Shown: one piece after another, positions 10,142-20,196 of the stretch
Layout: the number at the start of each line of letters is the position of its first letter
Numbering within the stretch: position 1 is the first letter of the stretch
From: a virus
Lineage: Duplodnaviria > Heunggongvirae > Uroviricota > Caudoviricetes
Length of the DNA: 64,000 nucleotides
IMG/VR virus record: IMGVR_UViG_3300031370_000003
Reading direction: 5' to 3' (one strand)
Program-made: the position numbers and the translations under genes
The notes under the pieces: model-generated
Database searches by the model: none
The model's input: the letters and a program-made list of their open reading frames with translations, nothing else
Told to the model about the DNA's origin: nothing

Positions 10142-13100
10142 GTGGCAACTGTTAAAGAAAGACGCCTGCTCGCCGGTTCTGGCGGTGGCAGCAAGGGCGG
10201 CGGTTCCGCTCGCACGCCTGTAGAAGACAAAGATAATGTTCAGTCGCGATCACTCGCCTCAATCCTTGACCTTCTTGGTGAGGGAAAAATTGGTGGATTG
10301 ATCAATGGCGGCCAGTCAATTTTCCTCGACAATGTACCAATTCTAAACCCGGACGGCACCAGTAACTTTAATGGGGTTACCTGGTGGTTTCGTGATGGAA
10401 CCCAGAATCAGGCAGTGATCGAGGGCTTTGATGCCGTTGAAACCCCGCATGATGTTGGCGTCCAAATCAAGCTGTCTACCCCTCGTACCATTCAGATCGA
10501 CAACGATGATTCTGACCAGGTACGTGTCATTATGATGTTCCCGAAACTGACCAAAACGGATCGGAAGTCGGGTGACACCCACGGTACGACCGTTCAATTC
10601 CAGTTTGAGATCGCATACGGCACTACATCGTTTAAGCCAATTAAACCGCAAGGATATGCCTCACATGTCGTTACGCTGAGCAAAAAGTCCAGCGGCAAAC
10701 ACTATCGTGAATATCTTTTTGACCTGCCCAAGCCAGGCTCAAACTATCGCATTCGCGTAAGCCGCGTGACCGCTGATAGCACCACTGACTATATCCAGGA
10801 TCAGACCTGGCTCAGTCAGTACGGTGAAATCGTCAGCACAAAACTTAACTACCCAAACAGTGCGCTTGTTGGTCTTAAAATCGACTCGCAGCAATTTGGT
10901 AGTTCTGTGCCGGCGCGTTCCTACTTGGTCTCGGGTATGGAAATCCGCGTTCCGTCCAACTATGACCCGGTGCTTGGTACGTATTCGGGAGATTGGGATG
11001 GAACCTTCCGTTTAATGGTATCTGAAAACCCTGCCTGGATTTTGTACGACCTGCTCACCAGTAAGCGCTATGGCTTGGGAGAGTACGTCACTGAATCAAT
11101 GATCAACATCGGCCAGCTTTACCAGATTGGGCGCTATTGCGATGAGCTGATCAATGATGGATTCGGGGGCAAGGAGAAGCGCTTCGCAATTAACACCGTA
11201 ATTAACTCACGCGGTGAGGCGTACAAGGTTCTTCAGGATATTGTATCGACTTTCCGGGGGATGATTTTCTGGGCTGGTGGCATGGTTAACATCATGCAGG
11301 ATAGCCCAAGTAGCCCGGTCATGCAGTTCAGTGCTGCGAACATCATTGGCAAAGTATCTTACAAAGGCTCTTCCCGCAAAGACCGCGCAACTGTAGCCCT
11401 CATCACCTACAACGACAAAGATGACCTGTACAAGCAGAACATCGAGTACGTTGAAGATGAAGAGGGTATTAAGCGTTTTGGTGTACGTAAAACTGAATCA
11501 GTAGCTTTCGGATGTACAAGCCGTGGCCAGGCTCACCGTGTGGGGCTTTGGACGCTTTATAGCAACCGCATGGAAACAGATCTGATCACCTTCACCTCTG
11601 GTATGGACGCATCGTTACTCATGCCTGGCGAGCTGGTGAAACTGCAAGATAAGTTCCGATCAGGGAAACGAAATTCCGGGCGTCTGGTGAACTACACCAA
11701 AAACAGCATCACACTCGACGCCTCTGTAAAACTGACTAAAGCCGGGAACACCGTCTCTTTCCTAAGTGCTAAAGGGAAGATGATTGATCGCGACCTTATT
11801 GAAGGCGCTGGCGAATACACTGTTGTCACCTTCAAGAAGGCATTAACTGAAGAAGAATACCCAGCGATTATGGGGATCTGGTCAGTCATTGAGCCTAAGC
11901 TGGAGCCAATGCTGCTGCGTGTGCTGGCCGTTAACCAGAATGAGGAGAAGGGTGCCTTTGATATCGTGGGTGTGCAGCACAACCCTACGAAGTTTAACGC
12001 TATCGATGAAGGGGCCACACTCGTTCCATCGAAGACGACCATTCTCGACCCGACTTTCTCAACCCCTGAAAACCTGCAGGTGACCGAAGGCACATATGTT
12101 TCTTCTCCAGGTAACCTTTCGGTAAAACTGATGGTGAGTTGGGAGGGCAAGTCACCTTCGTATGTGCTGCGTTACCGTCGTTCCGATGTTGTTGAAGATT
12201 GGGTTACAACAGAAGTTAAGACTGAGCAGTTCGATATTTTAAACGCTGCTGAGAATGGCATGTATGACATCGAGCTGTACTCGATTTCAGCCACGGGAAG
12301 ACGTTCCAGCGTCATTTCCATGGTGTACACCACTCTTGGAACGATGACGCCACCAGACGCGCCCACGCTTCTCACAGCGATCGGGGATTATCGCGTCAAC
12401 GTTCTGGCATGGCAGTTGCCTGGCACAATCGACATCGACAAAATTAACGTTTACGCCTCTCGCACCAACGATCTCACCACCGCGTCTCTTATTGCGGCGG
12501 TTGCCTCGACGACATTTACCCATAGCGGGCTGGGCGATGACGAAACTTGGTTTTATTGGGTGCGCGCAGTAAACAAGCGCGGAATGCTGAGCCAGCCAAA
12601 CTCTTCCCTCGGCACCGAGGCTACCACCAAAGATGTTCTGTCGTTCCTGAAGAACAAAATCACCTCTTCTGAGCTTGGGCAGGATCTTCTTGCTGACATC
12701 AACCAGTCAGCGGCAAAAGAAGCTGTTGAAGAGGTCAGCAAGAAGATCGACGAAAGCGTGGGTGAGCTGCATAAAACCGTCGATGAGATTGAGCTGTCTG
12801 TTACAGGTGTTAAGCAGTCAGTGACCGACATGCAAAACTCGTTCGACGGCATGGAGAAAGAGCAGAGTGACCTGAAGGCAAACGTTCAGGACACGGCAGA
12901 TAAAGTTAGCCAGGCGATCGATGAACTAGACGATGCCACCGCCAATGTTTTGGCTCTAAAGGAGACCGTCAAGAAGCAGGGTGAGTCCGTTGCCAGCACT
13001 CTCGATGCGGCACAGGCAGCTTTGGACGGTAGCAAAACGCTTATCGCCGAAGAGAGACAGGCTCGTGTTGATGGTGATACAGCGATCGGCAAAAAAGTTG

Positions 13101-14728
13101 ACACTATGCAGTCAGTGGTGGACACCGGCCAGGCCAACATTGATGAAATGAAACAGACGGTGGCAGGAGTCGAGCAAACAGCATCACAGTGGTCAACGAG
13201 TTTGGAGGCAAATGCAAAAGCGAATATCGATCTGGCACTTCGTCAGGAAGAAGACAAAAAGCAGCAGGCGTCAACTAACGCATCGGTGACCACCAGCCAG
13301 CAGGCTTTGGCAGACTCTGTTTCATCGGTAGCCAAGCGTGTCGATGAGATGAAAGCTGAAATCGGTGATGACATCGCCGCGCAGTTGCAGGAAGAAAGGG
13401 AGACCCGAGCTAGTGCTGATGAGGCGGTCACTACCCAACTTACCCAGCTGAAGGCTCAAGTTAATGATGATGTTAAAGCGTCGCTGGCAACCGAGCAGCA
13501 GGCTCGTGCTGATGCTGATAGTGCTTTGTCGAAGCAGGTCACAAATCTGCAGTCGCAGGTTAATACTAACGTTAAAGCGCAGATCGCAGCGGAGGCCAAG
13601 ACGCGGGCGGATAAAGACAGTGCCTTGTCCAGCCAAATTACCGCACTCAGCGCGCAGGTTAACAACGATGTGACCGCCCAGATCGCAACTGAGTCAAAGG
13701 CACGAACTGCTGGTGACACCGCAATCAGTACCAAAGTCGATACACTGGCAACCAAAACTACCAGCGACATCAAAGCAGCGGTAGCCACGGAGACTAAAGC
13801 CAGAACAGACGGCGATACCGCATTGGGGAGTCAGATTACGTCATTGAAAACCCAGACGGCTTCCGACATCAAAGCTGCGGTGGCCACTGAGACCAAAGCA
13901 AGAACTGACGGTGATTCCGCGCTCAGTAGCCAAATTAGCTCTCTTAAGACGCAAACGGCAGCAGATATTAAAGCCGCGGTAGCTACTGAGACAAAAGCTC
14001 GTACCGATGGCGATACTGCGCTGGGAAGCCAGATTACGTCCCTAAAAACGCAGACTGCGGCTGACATTAAAGCGGCTGTTGCTACAGAGACGAAGGCTCG
14101 TTCAGATGCCGATTCGGCTATGGCCAGTGACATCACCGCGCTTAAATCCAGAGCCGGAAAGATTGAGTCGTCAGTGACCTCTGAGCAAACAGCGCGCGCT
14201 AATGGTGATACAGCATTGGGCAAGCGAGTTGATACGGTCAGCGCCAAAGCTGATTCGGTTTCATCCACCGTTCAACAAACTTCTCAAGCCGTGGCTAATG
14301 TGAACTCTAAGGTTTCTGCATCTTGGACGTTGAAGATGGAGACCTCCACCTCAAACGGCCAAAAGTATGCTGCTGGCATGGCGCTGGGGATCGACGGATC
14401 AGGGCTGTCACAGTTCCTGATTCGCGCTGACCGCTTCGGGTTGGTTAACTCCGTCGATGGCAAGGTGACCACGCCATTTGTGGTGCAAAACAGTGTTGCC
14501 TACATGAATGGTGCGTACATCAAAGACGGCACAATCGTGAACGCCAAAATTGGTGATTTGCAATCCACTAACTACGTTTCGGGAAGGACTGGTTGGCGAA
14601 TTGCAAAAGGAGGTGCTTTCGAGATGAATGGTAACAGCGGAAGCACCGGCCGCATGGTGATCAACAATAACCGAATCGAAGTGTATGACGAGAATGGGCG
14701 TCTTCGAGTACGAATGGGATTGATGTAA
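10142..14728 (+). CDS. central tail fiber / host specificity protein (lambda gpJ-like)
   Basis: N-terminal GSGGGSKGGGSARTP...SLASILDLLGEGKIGGL resembles the J N-terminus. Probable start is GTG 10142 preceded by AAGGGAG (the ORF track's ATG 10052 adds ~30 unrelated residues). ~1530 aa with a 33-aa repeat block and distal domains. Confidence 0.85.
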   Translation: MATVKERRLLAGSGGGSKGGGSARTPVEDKDNVQSRSLASILDLLGEGKIGGLINGGQSIFLDNVPILNPDGTSNFNGVTWWFRDGTQNQAVIEGFDAVETPHDVGVQIKLSTPRTIQIDNDDSDQVRVIMMFPKLTKTDRKSGDTHGTTVQFQFEIAYGTTSFKPIKPQGYASHVVTLSKKSSGKHYREYLFDLPKPGSNYRIRVSRVTADSTTDYIQDQTWLSQYGEIVSTKLNYPNSALVGLKIDSQQFGSSVPARSYLVSGMEIRVPSNYDPVLGTYSGDWDGTFRLMVSENPAWILYDLLTSKRYGLGEYVTESMINIGQLYQIGRYCDELINDGFGGKEKRFAINTVINSRGEAYKVLQDIVSTFRGMIFWAGGMVNIMQDSPSSPVMQFSAANIIGKVSYKGSSRKDRATVALITYNDKDDLYKQNIEYVEDEEGIKRFGVRKTESVAFGCTSRGQAHRVGLWTLYSNRMETDLITFTSGMDASLLMPGELVKLQDKFRSGKRNSGRLVNYTKNSITLDASVKLTKAGNTVSFLSAKGKMIDRDLIEGAGEYTVVTFKKALTEEEYPAIMGIWSVIEPKLEPMLLRVLAVNQNEEKGAFDIVGVQHNPTKFNAIDEGATLVPSKTTILDPTFSTPENLQVTEGTYVSSPGNLSVKLMVSWEGKSPSYVLRYRRSDVVEDWVTTEVKTEQFDILNAAENGMYDIELYSISATGRRSSVISMVYTTLGTMTPPDAPTLLTAIGDYRVNVLAWQLPGTIDIDKINVYASRTNDLTTASLIAAVASTTFTHSGLGDDETWFYWVRAVNKRGMLSQPNSSLGTEATTKDVLSFLKNKITSSELGQDLLADINQSAAKEAVEEVSKKIDESVGELHKTVDEIELSVTGVKQSVTDMQNSFDGMEKEQSDLKANVQDTADKVSQAIDELDDATANVLALKETVKKQGESVASTLDAAQAALDGSKTLIAEERQARVDGDTAIGKKVDTMQSVVDTGQANIDEMKQTVAGVEQTASQWSTSLEANAKANIDLALRQEEDKKQQASTNASVTTSQQALADSVSSVAKRVDEMKAEIGDDIAAQLQEERETRASADEAVTTQLTQLKAQVNDDVKASLATEQQARADADSALSKQVTNLQSQVNTNVKAQIAAEAKTRADKDSALSSQITALSAQVNNDVTAQIATESKARTAGDTAISTKVDTLATKTTSDIKAAVATETKARTDGDTALGSQITSLKTQTASDIKAAVATETKARTDGDSALSSQISSLKTQTAADIKAAVATETKARTDGDTALGSQITSLKTQTAADIKAAVATETKARSDADSAMASDITALKSRAGKIESSVTSEQTARANGDTALGKRVDTVSAKADSVSSTVQQTSQAVANVNSKVSASWTLKMETSTSNGQKYAAGMALGIDGSGLSQFLIRADRFGLVNSVDGKVTTPFVVQNSVAYMNGAYIKDGTIVNAKIGDLQSTNYVSGRTGWRIAKGGAFEMNGNSGSTGRMVINNNRIEVYDENGRLRVRMGLM
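13690..14110 (+). repeat. ~99-bp tandem coding repeats (x4) inside the J-like gene
   Basis: Protein-level repeats KAAVATETKARTDGDTALGSQITSLKTQTA(A/S)DI seen four times; matching DNA periodicity. Confidence 0.6.
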
Positions 14729-14731
14729 TAA

Positions 14732-14764
14732 TTTTGCCCCGAATATATCGGGGCAATTTTGCCA
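14732..14764 (+). terminator. rho-independent terminator after J-like gene
   Basis: Perfect hairpin TTGCCCCGAATATATCGGGGCAA followed by TTTTGCC. Confidence 0.75.
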
Positions 14765-14905
14765 TCTATTAAAAGCTATGAAAATCATGGTCTTTTGTGT
14801 TGCTACTAATGCAAAAATAAGTAACCATTCACCTACTTTATGTAAATGCGCAGGAGCGTAGTGTAACCGCCGAAGCAAGGAATGCTGACGCGTTAAGGAG
14901 AAAAT

Positions 14906-17900
14906 ATGTGGTACAGGGAAGGTACTAAGACCTTGATCAATGGCTCTAACATCGTTACCGGTGTTGGCACCAGTTGGTCAAAGGCTGAAAATGGCGTTCT
15001 GCCGGGCATGATTTTGCTTGGTGAAAAAGGCGAGCCATACGAAATCAAGTCAGTTGAGTCAGATACATCGCTTACGCTCGTTGAACCTTACGATGGTAAA
15101 AATGTGAATGGCACGCCATGCCGTATCATCACCACCTATCAGGGGGACATTAGTCAATTTTCAGCGCGCTTTGCGGCTCAGTTGCAACGCATGAATATTG
15201 ATTCAGGCGTTATTCGTTCTTGGCTTACTTCGGGGCAGGACGCCCAGCTGTTAGCTGAGGATGGCACTCTGATCACGCTGAAGGCTTTGCGTCAGATCAT
15301 ATCTGAGCACGAAGGGGCAATGGCTTGGTTTTCCGCAAACAAGGATTCGATCCTTAAGGCCGCCGCTAACGCAACAGCTGCTGCTTCAAGTGCGTCAGCC
15401 GCATTGTCATCCCAGAAGGCGGCAAAGACTTCAGAGACAAGCTCAGCGGGATCAGCGAGTGCGGCTGCATCTTCCAAAGCGGCAGCGGCGGTTTCCGCTA
15501 CCAAAGCGGCAGCGTCAGAGAAAAACGCCAAGGCGTCTGAAGTTAACGCCAAGACATCCGAAACCGCCGCAAGTGGTTCGGCAATCGCTGCAGCTACCTC
15601 AGAAACTAGCGCAAAAGCCTCCCAGGACTCTGCAACTTCCTCTGCTGGAAAGGCTGCAACTTCGGAGAAGAACGCCGCAGCATCCGCCACCAGCTCAGCC
15701 AGCTCAAAGGGTTCGGCAGCAACGTCGGCAACGAGTGCCGCCACCTCCGCAACTAACGCTAAAACATCCGAGAGTAACGCGAAGAAGTCCGAAGCAAACG
15801 CTAAGGCTTCTGAAAATGCAGCGGCTGGTTCTAAATCCGCAGCGGCGGCTTCAGAGGCTAACGCCAGTACCTCGGAAACAAATGCCGCATCTAGTGCGAC
15901 TGCGGCTAAGGCATCTGAGACCAGCGCTGCCAGCTCAAAATCGGCCGCGGCCACCTCTGCTACCAACGCTAAATCTTCAGAAACAAACGCAGCCAGCTCT
16001 AAAACAGCTGCGGCCACTTCTGCATCGAATGCGGCCACCTCGCAATCGAATGCGGCCACCTCGCAATCGAATGCCTCGACCTCCGAAGCTAACGCAAAGA
16101 AATCAGAGACAAATGCTAAAGCGTCTGAGAATGCCGCAGCGAGTTCAAGCTCTAACGCAGGCAAATCAGCGTCAGCTGCCAAAACCTCTGAAAACAATGC
16201 TGCCGCCAGTGCCTCGTCTGCTGCGGCATCGGCCAAGAGCCTCGATGCCGATAACTTATGGAATAAATCAACTTTAACTAAAGCGGTATTGGTCGGCTTA
16301 GGGTTGGCTCCGAGTGACGCTCCTTCCTTCACAGGTGGTGTCACCATTGCCGGTAGTATTTTGAATACTGGAGAAGTCCAAACAAAATCCGCTAACTCTT
16401 ACCGAATGGTTGGTAGTAAATACGGGCTTTTCCAACGCATTGATGGTTCCAACTGGTACATGATGCTGACCAACCTCAATGATAATTATGGAACCTATAA
16501 CGCTTTCCGCCCTCTTTCTATCGCTCTTACAAATGGAAGAGTAACTATGGGGAACGGTTTGAGCGTGACGGGCGATGTTAGGCTCGCTTCAGACCTATCT
16601 GTGACGGGCGCACTCAGCGCTTCAAAAGGTGGCATCATTAATGCGCCGGGGGCAGGAGCTGTAGCTGACCTTACCAAAGCAGCACTAGTTGTGAATGGCT
16701 CTGCAAATGATGGCTCTCAAGGTATCACGATCAACAGCTATGCGCCCGCGCTGTCCTTTATTGATCGTAGCGCATCAAACGCTGGTTTCCGCTGGCGTGG
16801 TGATGGCAACTGTTTGCGCTTAGATGTCGATAATCGTGACAATGGGGCAACATGGAACAGCAATCTAGTTCAGATTGACGAACAAGGTAGATTGAGCGTT
16901 GGTGGTGCAATAACAGCTGGTTACGCAGAGTCATTTACCTATCGGGATCAGTGGAAAACCAAAGCCCCTTTCTTCAACGAGTTTTCTTCGAGTGGGGCAA
17001 GCGAGTATCACCCCTTGGTGAAGCAAAAGGTGACTGCTGGGGATAAGAGCTATGTGGCGTCTCTCGGCTGGCTGGTTAACTCAATGGTCTTCGAGCTGAG
17101 CATTACTGATCAAGCCGGTACAACTCAAAACTTTATCTTTCGACCTAATGGTGAGTTCTCAACCCCGGCCAGAGTTTTGCCTGGAGACTATTCAAACTTC
17201 GACACCCGGTATTTGGGTATCAAAGCGAATGCAGTTAGCGCAAGTAAATTAGCCACGGCTCGTAAGATTGCAGGCAAGGCTTTTGATGGCACATCTGACA
17301 TTGCGATAAGCGCTGGTGACGTGAAGGCGTTACCTAATACTGGAGGCACTGTAGCCGGCCAAGTGACCGTTGCAGCAAATGGCGCCGCTCTTGTACTGAG
17401 AAGGTTGGCGGCGTCTCAAGCAGTTTACCTCATGGGACGTGACGAAAAAAACGTTGCACGTTGGTACGTTGGTAATGGCGGCACGGATGATGTTGTTACG
17501 ATTCACAACTACATCCAGAACACCACCTTGCAGCTTAACGCCAGTGAGTTGTACACCAACAGAAACATTCGCGCAGCCGGAAGTTTGACTATCAATGGCA
17601 GTGGCGAATCGAATGCGGTAGTAGGTTCAGGATCTGCCGATGTTTTCCTGCAAAATACAAAGTCAGGCAAGTATCTTCAGCTTAAAGATACCGGCGATCT
17701 GATGTACTCAAATCAGAAGATTTACCATGCAGGTAGCAAACCTACAGCGGCAGAAGTAGGCGCTTTGTCTTCATCGGGCGGTCAGGTGAGTGGAGAGGTC
17801 GTAACCACTTCAGCTAATGGCTTCCGTATTAAATACGGGGCCTTCGGTTCATTCTTTCGCAATGATGGAGGTTCAAGCTACTTCCTGCTGACTGCATCCG

Positions 17901-18604
17901 GGGACCAAAATGGAGGCTGGAACGGACTGCGTCCAATTTACTGGAGCAATATTACCGGCAACGTAACAATGGGTCATAACGTTGGCGTTGGCGGCTCTTT
18001 AACTGCTAACGGCGGGATTGTGTCGGGTAACGTTATCAATGTCCCGACGGCCAGTGGTTCATGGATCAGTATGCGAACCGGCACTGCTTTGCAAGGTAAT
18101 GGCGCTGTAGGCACCAGCTCTGCCGCAGCAGTCGTTCGTCAGGAGCACGCCGATCGCCATTACGTTTTGGGTGGCTTGGGCAACTCTCAGTTCGGCATCT
18201 ACATGATCAACAAATCGCGTACTGACAATGGTACTGATGCGTATGCGTATCTGGGTAGTGATGGCACCTGGACTTGCAGTGGCAATGGTAACTTTAACGA
18301 TGTGTACATCCGTTCTGACCGCCGCAACAAGCGCAACATTAAGAGAATTGATAGCGCACTGGACAAGCTGGAGAAAATCGACGGTGTGCTTTACGAAATT
18401 CAGAACATGGATGGGTATGATCAATCCGCTGGTCTCGTTGCTCAGCAAGTGCAGGAAGTGCAGCCAGAGTTGGTAACATCAGACATCGATCATGCCACTC
18501 AGGAAGAGCGCCTTCGCTTGAACTACAACGGTGTCATCGGCATGTTGGTTGAGGCGGTGAAAGAGCTGCGCGCGGAAGTTAAAGAGCTGAAGGAGGCCAG
18601 ATAA
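14906..18604 (+). CDS. tail fiber protein with C-terminal intramolecular chaperone (peptidase S74-type) domain
   Basis: RBS AAGGAG. Long low-complexity Ala/Ser-rich region with K-x-SE-x-NA periodicity. C-terminus ...SDRRNKRNIKRIDSALDKLEKIDGVLYEIQ...GLVAQQVQEVQPELVT...LNYNGVIGMLVEAVKELRAEVKELKEAR matches the auto-cleaving chaperone domain of endosialidases and T5 pb1-type fibers. Confidence 0.8.
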   Translation: MWYREGTKTLINGSNIVTGVGTSWSKAENGVLPGMILLGEKGEPYEIKSVESDTSLTLVEPYDGKNVNGTPCRIITTYQGDISQFSARFAAQLQRMNIDSGVIRSWLTSGQDAQLLAEDGTLITLKALRQIISEHEGAMAWFSANKDSILKAAANATAAASSASAALSSQKAAKTSETSSAGSASAAASSKAAAAVSATKAAASEKNAKASEVNAKTSETAASGSAIAAATSETSAKASQDSATSSAGKAATSEKNAAASATSSASSKGSAATSATSAATSATNAKTSESNAKKSEANAKASENAAAGSKSAAAASEANASTSETNAASSATAAKASETSAASSKSAAATSATNAKSSETNAASSKTAAATSASNAATSQSNAATSQSNASTSEANAKKSETNAKASENAAASSSSNAGKSASAAKTSENNAAASASSAAASAKSLDADNLWNKSTLTKAVLVGLGLAPSDAPSFTGGVTIAGSILNTGEVQTKSANSYRMVGSKYGLFQRIDGSNWYMMLTNLNDNYGTYNAFRPLSIALTNGRVTMGNGLSVTGDVRLASDLSVTGALSASKGGIINAPGAGAVADLTKAALVVNGSANDGSQGITINSYAPALSFIDRSASNAGFRWRGDGNCLRLDVDNRDNGATWNSNLVQIDEQGRLSVGGAITAGYAESFTYRDQWKTKAPFFNEFSSSGASEYHPLVKQKVTAGDKSYVASLGWLVNSMVFELSITDQAGTTQNFIFRPNGEFSTPARVLPGDYSNFDTRYLGIKANAVSASKLATARKIAGKAFDGTSDIAISAGDVKALPNTGGTVAGQVTVAANGAALVLRRLAASQAVYLMGRDEKNVARWYVGNGGTDDVVTIHNYIQNTTLQLNASELYTNRNIRAAGSLTINGSGESNAVVGSGSADVFLQNTKSGKYLQLKDTGDLMYSNQKIYHAGSKPTAAEVGALSSSGGQVSGEVVTTSANGFRIKYGAFGSFFRNDGGSSYFLLTASGDQNGGWNGLRPIYWSNITGNVTMGHNVGVGGSLTANGGIVSGNVINVPTASGSWISMRTGTALQGNGAVGTSSAAAVVRQEHADRHYVLGGLGNSQFGIYMINKSRTDNGTDAYAYLGSDGTWTCSGNGNFNDVYIRSDRRNKRNIKRIDSALDKLEKIDGVLYEIQNMDGYDQSAGLVAQQVQEVQPELVTSDIDHATQEERLRLNYNGVIGMLVEAVKELRAEVKELKEAR

Positions 18605-19089
18605 TGACAGTAGGATCTGGGTGGATTGGCTCAAGTGCAGTTGGGGAAACCGCTCAGCGTTGGATGTCGGCCGCAGGGCCGGCAATCAATGTCGGGGTTC
18701 CTTTTTGGATGAGTACATTGGCAGGCAAAAGTAAAGGGGTAAAGTTGACAGTGGTGCAAAAGCAGGTGGGAATTTTGCCACCTGGCGTTCGTGGGCCTCA
18801 GCCCTTCCCGATTGTAGAGTTTGGCTATCACAAAGCGCAAGGTTTTGGTGGTATTACCGGAAACTACAATGGCCGCGAAATTATTGCCCTATATTCAAGC
18901 ACACAATTTGGTGGTCTTTTGTTCCAGCTAAGTGGCGCAATGTCAGGCTCGGTCGTCATTAAAATTAACGGGGCGGCATTTACGTTGCCCTATAACTCAT
19001 CATTAAGTGCCTATGCGATTTCAAGTAATAATGCGGCCTACACTGCTTTGCAGACAAGAGTAGGCCAAACGGTCGATGTGACTTTTTAA
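18604..19089 (+). CDS. hypothetical protein (fiber-associated by position)
   Basis: 161 aa, ATGA overlap with the fiber gene stop; no family recognised. Confidence 0.4.
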   Translation: MTVGSGWIGSSAVGETAQRWMSAAGPAINVGVPFWMSTLAGKSKGVKLTVVQKQVGILPPGVRGPQPFPIVEFGYHKAQGFGGITGNYNGREIIALYSSTQFGGLLFQLSGAMSGSVVIKINGAAFTLPYNSSLSAYAISSNNAAYTALQTRVGQTVDVTF

Positions 19090-19169
19090 CGGTGATAGTA
19101 GGTATTTGACTACTAATCTGTATCAAGTAATGGATAATGCACCCATTCAAACCGAATGGGTGCATTATA

Positions 19170-19460
19170 ATGAAATGTTTAAACTTATCCTTCCTTGCAT
19201 TGGCTCTTGCCTCGCTAACTACTACTGGCTGCGCCGGACTTCCCGACTCAAAAAGTGAGAAAGTTGATTGTGTTGCGAAATACATCTCTGGAACCTGGCC
19301 TGGTGGTGAGCACTGGGTGAAGGTTGACGAACGTCGTGTTAATCACGTTGGGCATCGTTACGTTCACGTAAGAAGTGATTTAGTCCTGCACTTCTATGGC
19401 CGCTGGCAACGAGAAGAGTTGTTCGCTGATTACCAGTGCAAAAAGGCAGGTGAGGTATGA
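19170..19460 (+). CDS. small lipoprotein (paralog 1)
   Basis: Signal peptide MKCLNLSFLALALASLTTTGC with lipobox-like TGC; paralogous to the next gene (shared K-V-x-C-x-x-KY...W-K-D......G-RYVH pattern). Confidence 0.55.
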   Translation: MKCLNLSFLALALASLTTTGCAGLPDSKSEKVDCVAKYISGTWPGGEHWVKVDERRVNHVGHRYVHVRSDLVLHFYGRWQREELFADYQCKKAGEV

Positions 19461-19744
19461 TTAAACTAGGCTCAAAGCTCCTTGTCGCCGCTCTGGTTTT
19501 AAACGTGGTAGGGTGCGCAGATCTGCAAAAATTCGAGAGACACAAGGTAAGCTGCTACGGTAAGTACGGTTCGAACTTTACAGGCTTTACCCGTTATAAG
19601 TGGATAAAGATTGACGCTATCAGCGTCAGTCAAAACGGCACTCGATATGTTCACCCAGAGCCAGACCTCGATGTGAGTTTCGAGGCCAATTGGGTCTCGG
19701 ACAAAGTGTTTAAAGAAATCCAATGTGACCCCCATCCAAAATAA
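19457..19744 (+). CDS. small lipoprotein (paralog 2)
   Basis: MIKLGSKLLVAALVLNVVGCADL lipoprotein signal; ATGA overlap with paralog 1. Confidence 0.6.
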   Translation: MIKLGSKLLVAALVLNVVGCADLQKFERHKVSCYGKYGSNFTGFTRYKWIKIDAISVSQNGTRYVHPEPDLDVSFEANWVSDKVFKEIQCDPHPK

Positions 19745-19855
19745 TCCCCAAAAGCGCCTGTTGGCACTTTTTCTTTGGTTGTTAGCTACTTACTTTCTTG
19801 TTGCATTTTGCTACTATTTGCGCCTATCGAGATTTGACTTTTCATGGAGGAAAAA

Positions 19856-20182
19856 ATGTCAAATGAGATGGGAGGCGTGACCCCAGACCAGGTGGAGCGC
19901 ATTGCCCAAATTGTCGCCAGAGAGGTCATGGGGAACTTGCGAAAGGATCTCCGTGATGACATCGGCGCAGAAGTGAAAGCACAGCTTGGGGCCTATTTTG
20001 GTGACATGACTGCCGCCCAGCACAGCATCCAGCACTCAAATCTGGAAAAGCTGCTGACGCGGTTAGACAGCATCTCAAGTGGATTCTTCGGCGGCATCAT
20101 CTCCAAGATCACATCCATTCTAACCGCTGCTCTTCTTCTGGGGCTGGCGGCGTATGGCGTTAAAAACGGTTTCGGCAACTAA
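19856..20182 (+). CDS. small protein with single C-terminal TM helix (holin-like candidate)
   Basis: RBS GGAGG 5 nt before ATG 19856; hydrophilic N-terminus and one C-terminal TM (ILTAALLLGLAAYGV); first gene of the putative lysis cassette. Confidence 0.3.
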   Translation: MSNEMGGVTPDQVERIAQIVAREVMGNLRKDLRDDIGAEVKAQLGAYFGDMTAAQHSIQHSNLEKLLTRLDSISSGFFGGIISKITSILTAALLLGLAAYGVKNGFGN

Positions 20183-20196
20183 GAGGAAAGCTAAGG

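Noticed and set aside
15292-16347. 351-aa minus-strand ORF and 295-aa alternate-frame plus-strand ORF (15390..16277) inside the tail fiber gene
   Set aside because: Both are products of the GC-rich low-complexity Ala/Ser repeat tract (poly-Ala or Pro/Arg/Gln-rich translations); no RBS; they are shadow ORFs of the fiber gene
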